DNA from: Minisyncoccia bacterium
GTDB lineage: Bacteria; Patescibacteriota; Minisyncoccia; Phycocordibacterales; UBA1550
Assembly: GCA_049294435.1 (NCBI GenBank)
Contig: JBAQCU010000020.1
Span: forward strand, 79,110-125,310
Direction of reading: 5' to 3'
DNA length: 46,201 nucleotides
A model generated the notes under the pieces. The model was not told the origin of the DNA. It made no database searches and saw only the letters and a program-made list of their open reading frames with translations. Every line of letters starts with the position of its first letter. Positions within the stretch are counted from its first letter, which is position 1. This document shows positions 7,025 through 13,726 of the stretch, piece by piece. The translations under genes and the position numbers were made by a program.

Positions 7025-9268
7025 CTATTTTGCAAGTTGTTCCGCTTCCTCAAATTTTATAGAAAGAAGCTTTGAAATTGCGTCCGAACCCATGGTTACG
7101 CCGTAGATAATGCCCGCGCGTGACATAGTCTCGCGGTTGTGCGTGATGACAATAAGCTGAGAATACTTTGCAAGTGTTGCCACCATGTCGCCATACTTTT
7201 TAGAATTGGCTTCGTCAAGAGCAGCGTCTGTTTCGTCAAGAACGAGAAATGGTGGTGGGTTGACTTGAGACACTGCAAAGATAAGCGCAATAGAGGTAAG
7301 CGCGCGTTCACCTCCAGAAAGCATCTGAAGACCGCGGATTTTTTTGTGCGGAAGAGAAATAGCCACCTCAATCCCCTCTTCAGCCTCCTCTTCCTCAAGC
7401 TCTTCATGACCCTCTAGTATTTCCGTATCAGTTCTTTTTTTCTTTCTTTCTACCGCAACTTCTAGCGACGCAGTTCCTCCGCCAAACATCAATGCAAAAA
7501 ATTCACCAAACTGTTTATTGATTTTTTTGATACCATCTTTGAACTGCGTTCCAAGCTCCTCCTCGAGTCCGCGCATGAGGTCGCGAAGCGACTCTGCGCT
7601 CGTTTTCAAATCTTCAAGTTCCTTCTCAAGAAATTCGTCTCGAGCGACAGCCTCTTCGTACTCGCGCATAATATCCTCTCCCGAACCACCGCCCATAATA
7701 TCCTCTAAGCGAATCTTTGTACGTTCAATCTTTTTTCTGCGAGACTCTTGTTCCGCGCGAGGCTCCGATAGTGCTTGTTCAATATCAATCTGATTGCTTG
7801 AATATTCTAAAATAGCGCGCCCGATTAAAATTCCTCCTTCACGAAGCTCTTCACGGAATGAAACTTCATCTCGCGAAAAATTTTCTATGTGCTCACGCAC
7901 CATACCAAGACGCAAAGTAAGTTCCTGTTTTTTAGAACGAAACTCAAATGAAGCGCGCTCTGCGTCTGTGACCTCTCTGCGCTTCATTTCAAGCACCCTC
8001 TCTAATTCTTGAATCTTAGTTTCAAAACCAGAAATTAAATTTTCTAGGTTTTGTTGTGCGTCTAAAAGATTTTTGTGCTCAATACGCAAATCTAGAAGAC
8101 CTTTTACCGCAACCTCGCTGGGTCCTCTATTTGCGTCAGTTCCGCGAAGATGCTCAAGAAAGGAACCAATTTTATTTCGCGTTGCACTCACTACACCCTT
8201 TATATACAAATAGTCTTCACTTGACTCTGCATACCCAAGTTCATCATACAAATTTTGCGCGAGTTTCTCCGCCTCCTCCGCATTTACAGTTTTCTCGCGC
8301 AACACATCCGGCGCATTCAAACGCCTTTCCTCAAACTCAATCATTCCTTCAAAGCGTCCAATCTTTCTACCTAGGTCGTCCCTCTCGCGACGCACAGTAC
8401 CCATCTCCGCGCGCGTATGAACAAGCTCTACTACTTCGGCGCTGTCCTTTGTATCTACTCCACGCAAACTGTCAGCGTGAGCAAGCGCTTCGTTTGCCTC
8501 ATGAAGTTCACGCTCGAGATTTTCTTTTTCTCCTTGGAGCTTTTCGCGTGTGTGTTGTATGTATGTTTCTTCTCTCTTCAAATAGTCGCCATACATACTA
8601 GCAAGCTCGTCACGAAGCGCGCGCGCTTGTTCCACCTTCTCCACCTGCTTTTTCAAAAATTTAATATGCGGAGCTATCTCACGACGGAGGGATTCGCTTT
8701 GTCGCATATTTTCCTCTGTTTTTGAAAGTTTCTTTTCACTTTCAAGAATCTTCCAATGATAGATTTTTAGTCCGAGCGCGTCTTCGATCATTGCTCGACG
8801 GTCCTTTGCAGATGAATTTAGAATTCTATCAGCTTCCCCCTGAGAAATAATATGGTGCCCTGATGCGCCGATATGTACTGACGCTAGGAGTTCAATGACA
8901 TCCTTGAGTCGCACTGATGAGCCATTTAGAAAATATCCGCTAGAAGCATCGCGGTGAATCTCGCGAGAAATAGAAACTTCGTCGTAATCAATCGGAAATG
9001 TACGATCTTTGTTGTCAAAGGAAATCGTTACTTTTGCACGATTCTGACGCTCGGTATTTTTTGAACCATTGAAAATGAGGTCCTCCGTGCGCTTGCCACG
9101 CATACTTTTCAGAGACTGCTCCCCGAGCACGAAACGAAGCGCCTCAGCAACATTTGACTTCCCCGACCCGTTTGGCCCCACAATAGCTGAGATATCCGCC
9201 CCAAACTCAAAAACACTCTTCTTGGCGAATGATTTGAATCCGGAAATTTCGAGGGTTTTTACGCGCAT
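7025..9268 (-). CDS. smc: SMC-family chromosome-associated ABC ATPase, unusually short (747 aa)
   Basis: N-terminal head MRVKTLEISGFKSF...GPNGSGKSN, long heptad-rich middle, C-terminal LSGGERALTSIAL signature and FLVLDETDAALD Walker B. Confidence 0.8.
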   Translation of the reverse strand: MRVKTLEISGFKSFAKKSVFEFGADISAIVGPNGSGKSNVAEALRFVLGEQSLKSMRGKRTEDLIFNGSKNTERQNRAKVTISFDNKDRTFPIDYDEVSISREIHRDASSGYFLNGSSVRLKDVIELLASVHIGASGHHIISQGEADRILNSSAKDRRAMIEDALGLKIYHWKILESEKKLSKTEENMRQSESLRREIAPHIKFLKKQVEKVEQARALRDELASMYGDYLKREETYIQHTREKLQGEKENLERELHEANEALAHADSLRGVDTKDSAEVVELVHTRAEMGTVRRERDDLGRKIGRFEGMIEFEERRLNAPDVLREKTVNAEEAEKLAQNLYDELGYAESSEDYLYIKGVVSATRNKIGSFLEHLRGTDANRGPSEVAVKGLLDLRIEHKNLLDAQQNLENLISGFETKIQELERVLEMKRREVTDAERASFEFRSKKQELTLRLGMVREHIENFSRDEVSFREELREGGILIGRAILEYSSNQIDIEQALSEPRAEQESRRKKIERTKIRLEDIMGGGSGEDIMREYEEAVARDEFLEKELEDLKTSAESLRDLMRGLEEELGTQFKDGIKKINKQFGEFFALMFGGGTASLEVAVERKKKRTDTEILEGHEELEEEEAEEGIEVAISLPHKKIRGLQMLSGGERALTSIALIFAVSQVNPPPFLVLDETDAALDEANSKKYGDMVATLAKYSQLIVITHNRETMSRAGIIYGVTMGSDAISKLLSIKFEEAEQLAK

Positions 9269-9277
9269 TGGATTTAG

Positions 9278-9422
9278 TTTACCCCGACACCAACTTTTTG
9301 CATAGTGTTTAATCGCATATCTATCATTTGAGAGTAACCAATTCCCTTACTAGCTTATAAGATATCAGTGATAAAAACGAAAAACACACTGCAATAATGC
9401 AAAAGTTGGTGTGGGGGTTTAA
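9278..9422. repeat. Start-codon-proximal inverted-repeat element, copy A (upstream of smc)
   Basis: Arms tttaccccgacaccaactttttgcata (9278-9304) and aatgcaaaagttggtgtgggggtttaa (9396-9422). The proximal arm ends 9 nt before the smc ATG. Confidence 0.7.
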
Positions 9423-9451
9423 CATATAGCATTTCAGGATGCGACAAAATA

Positions 9452-9485
9452 AAAAGGTTGAATCACATACGAGATTCAACCTTTT
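9452..9485 (-). terminator. Intrinsic terminator of the 9511-9768 gene
   Basis: aaaaggttgaatc acatacga gattcaacctttt. Confidence 0.7.
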
Positions 9486-9510
9486 AGACTTGTTTTTATG
9501 ACATTGGGGA

Positions 9511-9768
9511 TTAAGAGACGATTGAGAACATTATTAAGCCGGTCCCAGCGAAGGCTGCGGTTGTTCCCCAAATTGTTATTCTTTCAGAAACGAGCTCCTT
9601 CGCTACCGCAGCAAAACCAGAAATGGCCACTATTATCATGAACAAATTCAGAGTATTGCCAGTTAATGGTGGGACAAGCAATTTTACAAAAATGAGACAA
9701 GCAAGTCCCGATATCTGCAACACACTGCATAGTACAATAAATAAATTAAGTCTAAATTCTCTGTTCAT
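9511..9768 (-). CDS. Small hypothetical membrane protein (3 predicted TM helices)
   Basis: 85 aa, with a strong SD (AAGGAGGATGTGTA) before the ATG. Confidence 0.6.
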   Translation of the reverse strand: MNREFRLNLFIVLCSVLQISGLACLIFVKLLVPPLTGNTLNLFMIIVAISGFAAVAKELVSERITIWGTTAAFAGTGLIMFSIVS

Positions 9769-9848
9769 TACACATCCTCCTTCACAAGATTAAACAACGG
9801 ATTTACTAAATGAAGCATTACCAACAAATATAGATAATGTCAATCTTT

Positions 9849-10547
9849 TTATTTATTCCACCCTTTCTTCTTCAACCCATCCGCAGCCGCTCCCTGCTCC
9901 GCATCCTGTTTTGATTTGCCTGTGCCTTGTCCAATAAGCTCCTCATTCAAGTAAACACCGACAATGAAATCCTTGTCGTGATCAGGACCTTCTTCACTGA
10001 TAACACGATACGACGGAGTAATACCCACATGCTCCTGTGCTTCCTCTTGGAAAAAACTCTTAGGGTCACGCCAAAGTTCTTTTTTTACAATCTCTTCTGT
10101 TTTACCAAGTAAGTTCTCCTTCAAAAATTTATCAACAGCTTCGTAGCCGAGGTCCAAGTAAATTGCGCCCACGAGCGCCTCAAATGCATTCGCTAGGATA
10201 ATCTGGCGCGCCTTTGTGCCTTTGTCCTTCGCCTCACCTTTTGAAAGAAGCAAGTATTCTTCCATTCCTAAATCAATGGCAAGATTGCCAAGAGTAACCG
10301 CGTTTACGAGAGCAGCTCGATAGCTCGTCAAATCCCCTTCATTTGCATTTTTGTATTTCTTGTATAAAAAATCAGTTACCGAAAGTTCTACCACAGCATC
10401 ACCAAGAAATTCCAATCGTTCATTGTGGTCAAGCCCACGCTCACGCGTCTCATTTATGTACGAGCGGTGCGTAAAAGCCTCGCGGAGAACCGCGCGGTCA
10501 CGAAATTGAACGCCAATTTTATTTTCGAATTCTGCAAACTTTTCCAT
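9849..10547 (-). CDS. rnc: Ribonuclease III
   Basis: Signature NERLEFLGDAVVE plus a C-terminal dsRBD (232 aa). Confidence 0.95.
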   Translation of the reverse strand: MEKFAEFENKIGVQFRDRAVLREAFTHRSYINETRERGLDHNERLEFLGDAVVELSVTDFLYKKYKNANEGDLTSYRAALVNAVTLGNLAIDLGMEEYLLLSKGEAKDKGTKARQIILANAFEALVGAIYLDLGYEAVDKFLKENLLGKTEEIVKKELWRDPKSFFQEEAQEHVGITPSYRVISEEGPDHDKDFIVGVYLNEELIGQGTGKSKQDAEQGAAADGLKKKGWNK

Positions 10548-10572
10548 AATTGATTTACTTTCTGTTCTTCCA

Positions 10573-10649
10573 CGTCTTTGCGAGCGTAGCGCGGCAATCC
10601 AGAGTATGTGCGATGAGTTCTGGATTGCTTCGCTGTGCTCGCAAAGACG
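10573..10649 (-). promoter_or_regulatory. Long interrupted hairpin in the rnc leader
   Basis: Outer arms cgtctttgcgagc (10573-10585) / gctcgcaaagacg (10637-10649). Inner arms gcaatccaga (10594-10603) / tctggattgc (10619-10628). Two 2x2 internal loops, about 27 bp in total, 15 nt apical loop, no U-run afterwards. Ends 25 nt before the rnc ATG. Confidence 0.5.
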
Positions 10650-10661
10650 ACGAAATTATTG

Positions 10662-11075
10662 TCAGTTGTGTGTTTTATTTAGTAAAATATTCACCGCTTT
10701 TGTGATCACGGGAAGCATATCGTCATACATATTGAGGTCAATAATCTCTGCGAGCTTGAACCACTTTGCGTCATCGAGACCACCTGTCTTCATAAGTTTA
10801 ATATCCTGGTATGGCGCTTCGCAGAGGAAGTAGCTCACGTGCTTTCGCATCTTTCCTTTTTCTGGATGCGATGCTACATATTCATTCTCGCCAAGGATTA
10901 CACCTGGAGTTACAGGAAGATTGATTTCCTCTTTTACAATGCGTGTAATAGCGGTTACGTCGTCTTCACCTTCCTTGTAATGCCCCTTTGAAAGAGTCCA
11001 GTGTCCAAAGATATCGTGTACAAGTCCCAAGTACACATTCTCGCCGTCGCGTGCATACACCACTGCTCCACCGAG
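10662..11075 (-). other. Nudix-like domain portion of the NusB fusion
   Basis: G-x5-E-x7-R-I-V-K-E-E-I-N-L, compared with the Nudix box G-x5-E-x7-REUxEExGU. The EE pair is kept, while the RE glutamate and the Gly are replaced. Confidence 0.6.
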
Positions 11076-11576
11076 CTTGTCGAGAGGAAGTGTCTTTGGA
11101 TCCACGGGCACGTGCGGAGTTTTCTTCTTGCCCGTTTCGTCTTTGCCGGGCTCGCCGAGCTCTTTGTATACCGCGCCAAGTACACCGTTTATAAACTTAC
11201 CACTCGTCTCCCCGCCATAAGTTTTTGCTAGTTCAATGGCTTCGTTGATAGCAACCTTTGCTGGAACTTGTGTGCGATCCTCAAAGAGAAGCTCATATAG
11301 TCCGATGCGTAATATATTTCTATCAACAAGCGCAATTTTTTCTATTGGCCAATCTGGTGCCGCTTTCTCGATGATGTCGTCAAGTTTAGTTTGTTTACTC
11401 AAAATTCCCAAGAGAAGCTTTCTCATAAACGTAATATCGTTTACCCCTGGTGCAAACTCTTCTGCGTTGCGAACAAGCGCGTGTTCTATTTCAAGATCAG
11501 TTAACGTTCCTCCACGAAAATCCCATTCATAAAGAACCTGCATAACTATACTTCTTGAAAGGTGCCTGTTTGCCAT
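10662..11576 (-). CDS. nusB: NusB antitermination factor fused to a C-terminal Nudix-like domain
   Basis: Residues 1 to ~140 are typical NusB (RSIVMQVLYEWDF..., VPAKVAINEAIELAKTYGGETSGKFINGVLGAV). A Lys/Pro-rich linker follows, then ~135 aa with a Nudix-box-like GHYKEGEDDVTAITRIVKEEINL. Confidence 0.85.
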   Translation of the reverse strand: MANRHLSRSIVMQVLYEWDFRGGTLTDLEIEHALVRNAEEFAPGVNDITFMRKLLLGILSKQTKLDDIIEKAAPDWPIEKIALVDRNILRIGLYELLFEDRTQVPAKVAINEAIELAKTYGGETSGKFINGVLGAVYKELGEPGKDETGKKKTPHVPVDPKTLPLDKLGGAVVYARDGENVYLGLVHDIFGHWTLSKGHYKEGEDDVTAITRIVKEEINLPVTPGVILGENEYVASHPEKGKMRKHVSYFLCEAPYQDIKLMKTGGLDDAKWFKLAEIIDLNMYDDMLPVITKAVNILLNKTHN

Positions 11577-11651
11577 ATAAATTTAAAAGTACTTATACTT
11601 ATAGTATCTTACAAGAGCAAAAAAGACAAAAAAGAAAAGCGACAAGCTTTT

Positions 11652-11879
11652 CTACTTTGTCGCTTTGCCCTTTGCAGCAACTCTTTTCTCAATTTTTGAG
11701 TTGGTTTTTACGACACTGAGAACCGTTTTTCCACGATATGTACCACATGCAGTACATACTTGGTGTCGCATATGGAGCGCCTCACACTTTACGCACTTTG
11801 AAAGGCGCGCGCCGTCCAAGGCGTGGTGGGAACGGCGGTTTGCCGTATGCGCACGGGTATGTCTCATTCGTACTACCAT
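11652..11879 (-). CDS. rpmF: 50S ribosomal protein L32
   Basis: MVVRMRHTRAHTANRRSHHAL..C..C....H..C..CG, the zinc-ribbon L32 pattern. Confidence 0.9.
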   Translation of the reverse strand: MVVRMRHTRAHTANRRSHHALDGARLSKCVKCEALHMRHQVCTACGTYRGKTVLSVVKTNSKIEKRVAAKGKATK

Positions 11880-11954
11880 AGTTTCAATACTGTATCAAAA
11901 AGCCCATAAAAAATCAAGAGGCTAGCATGATTCACCAAAAAGTTCCTGCGTCAA

Positions 11955-11981
11955 ACAAAAAGGCGACTTGAAGTCGCCTTT
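11955..11981 (-). terminator. Intrinsic terminator after the rnhB-hypothetical pair
   Basis: Minus strand reads aaggcgacttcaagtcgcctt followed by tttgtttg. Confidence 0.65.
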
Positions 11982-12002
11982 ATTTCCTTTCTTTGTTCTT
12001 TT

Positions 12003-12404
12003 TTATTTATTTGAAGCGAGCCACTTCCTTAAACGCCCTGCCTGTTTGTAATCAGCAACATGCAGATCGCCTATTTTAGTTTTGATGATTGCTGAGCCCA
12101 GGCATCCACTCAATAAAGACAAGGACCCATTCAAATCATCCAAACGGATCGTTCCTATTTGATTAAGTTCGTGCTTCCCAGAATCGTTTGCCTCCCAGTA
12201 AAACAGTTTGTAAAGTTGGCCTGTGTCTTTTTCAATGCACAGACGCGCTCCACACTTGATTTTAAGAGTTATGCTTGTGTTGCTCTCGTCAAGGTTTTTT
12301 GAGGTTGGCGCAACTTGCCCACCCCACACAGTCGCAATTGCTATAATACCCCCTTTTTGTTGTGAAATATAAAATGAACTAAGTTTTAGCATACTATTTT
12401 CCAT
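12003..12404 (-). CDS. Hypothetical protein, coupled to rnhB
   Basis: 133 aa from the ATG at 12404, 4 nt after the rnhB stop. No recognisable family. Confidence 0.55.
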   Translation of the reverse strand: MENSMLKLSSFYISQQKGGIIAIATVWGGQVAPTSKNLDESNTSITLKIKCGARLCIEKDTGQLYKLFYWEANDSGKHELNQIGTIRLDDLNGSLSLLSGCLGSAIIKTKIGDLHVADYKQAGRLRKWLASNK

Positions 12405-12408
12405 GCTT

Positions 12409-13008
12409 TTACACAAGCCCCCTCAGGAAACTTTTGCGGTGATGTGGGATGATACCATTTTTTTTGATTGCTTCGTAGTGCGCGCGGGTGCCGTAGCCTT
12501 TGTGTTTTTCAAAGCCATATGCGGGAAACTTTTTTGCGAGAAGCACCATGCGCGCATCACGCGCCGTTTTTGCAACGATAGACGCAAGCGCAATCACAAG
12601 TTCCTTTTCATCTCCTTTGATAATTGTCTCTTGGTTCTGATAATGCGATGGCGCGCGAAGCGCGCCATCTAGGAGGACTCTTGTTTCCTCCGCATCGTGT
12701 TCAATAGCGCTGAGCGATTTTTCAATAGCTGTACGTATTGCATACGAGAGTCCCTTTTTATCAATCACACTCGGCGTGACAAATGAAACAGAGCAAGAAA
12801 GATACCCGAGCTTCTCCGCTTCACGAATTCTCTCATGCCATTCCGCACGAGACTTTGGTGTAAGTTTTTTGGAATCTTTTACAACAGGGAAAAGTTTGGT
12901 AACTCGCTTGTGGTACTCGGCATATATGCAAACAGCTCCCACAGCAACTGGGCCAGCAAGTGGCCCGCGTCCAACCTCATCAATACCTATAATATACTTG
13001 TGTCGCAT
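12409..13008 (-). CDS. rnhB: Ribonuclease HII
   Basis: IGIDEVGRGPLAGPV active-site motif, 199 aa. Confidence 0.95.
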   Translation of the reverse strand: MRHKYIIGIDEVGRGPLAGPVAVGAVCIYAEYHKRVTKLFPVVKDSKKLTPKSRAEWHERIREAEKLGYLSCSVSFVTPSVIDKKGLSYAIRTAIEKSLSAIEHDAEETRVLLDGALRAPSHYQNQETIIKGDEKELVIALASIVAKTARDARMVLLAKKFPAYGFEKHKGYGTRAHYEAIKKNGIIPHHRKSFLRGLV

Positions 13009-13017
13009 TTTTTACAG

Positions 13018-13110
13018 TATACCCCCACACCTACTTTTAATATAATTGAAAGACATCATTCTAGAAAACTACACTATGCCTATTAGAAATAAAGTAGGTG
13101 TGGGGGTATA
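13018..13110. repeat. Start-codon-proximal inverted-repeat element, copy B (upstream of rnhB)
   Basis: Perfect 20 bp arms tatacccccacacctacttt (13018-13037) / aaagtaggtgtgggggtata (13091-13110), 53 nt spacer. The proximal arm ends 9 nt before the rnhB ATG. Confidence 0.8.
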
Positions 13111-13111
13111 T

Positions 13112-13144
13112 CCGAAAAAAGAAAAAGGCCGTACGAGACGGCCT
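13112..13144 (-). terminator. Intrinsic terminator of the 13158-13547 gene
   Basis: Minus strand reads aggccgt ctcgt acggcct ttttctttttt. Confidence 0.65.
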
Positions 13145-13157
13145 CTTGAATAGCTTG

Positions 13158-13547
13158 TTAACATGTTTTCAATTTTAGCCGACAATAGCGGTAATAATCA
13201 AAACCTGCCACAAACGCGCACAACACGCTAAGAAATAAATAGGAACTCCAGTTATTTGAGGAGTCCTGATTTGCTTGAATTGCGAGCACATCAAGAATGA
13301 AAAAGATCACACCTGTGACGACCATCAGATTACTTTGTGTCAGTCGTGCTGTTCTTCTTGAACTCTCCAAGCTTTTGATGTAGTTCCTCTTTTGCTCCAG
13401 CGACAGCTGTGCTTGAGTGCTCAGTCCGCTCTCTATCATGGACGAAACTTTCCCGCTGACAGATATTGAGATGACTACATAAAACAAGATTGTAACAACC
13501 GCAATAAGCCATAGAGCGATTTGAAAAATAACCAAAAAGCTGACCAT
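13158..13547 (-). CDS. Hypothetical membrane protein
   Basis: 129 aa with 3-4 hydrophobic segments and an SD (AAAAGGAGACACAA) before the ATG. Confidence 0.6.
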   Translation of the reverse strand: MVSFLVIFQIALWLIAVVTILFYVVISISVSGKVSSMIESGLSTQAQLSLEQKRNYIKSLESSRRTARLTQSNLMVVTGVIFFILDVLAIQANQDSSNNWSSYLFLSVLCAFVAGFDYYRYCRLKLKTC

Positions 13548-13598
13548 TTGTGTCTCCTTTTTCGTGAATACAACGTTGTAGGGTTCTTTCTGTTTTGT

Positions 13599-13627
13599 AC
13601 AATACTGTATTTTTCTATGTTCGTCAA
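13599..13627 (-). promoter_or_regulatory. Sigma-70 type promoter for the 13158-13547 gene
   Basis: Minus strand reads TTGACG (13622-13627), 17 nt spacer, TATTGT (13599-13604). Confidence 0.5.
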
Positions 13628-13640
13628 CCGATTTTTACAT

Positions 13641-13674
13641 CCAGCAATTATCCGCGATAGCGGATAATTGCTGG
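13641..13674. promoter_or_regulatory. Perfect 15 bp-arm palindrome between two divergent promoters
   Basis: ccagcaattatccgc gata gcggataattgctgg. Lies between the -35 of the minus-strand promoter and the -35 of the dnaE promoter. Confidence 0.35.
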
Positions 13675-13688
13675 GATTTGGCATGTTT

Positions 13689-13717
13689 TTGAGTGAACCG
13701 TGCGCGTCTGGTATACT
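13689..13717 (+). promoter_or_regulatory. Extended -10 promoter for dnaE
   Basis: TTGAGT (13689-13694), 17 nt spacer ending in TGg, TATACT (13712-13717). Only 9 nt separate it from the ATG. Confidence 0.55.
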
Positions 13718-13726
13718 CAATGAGCC

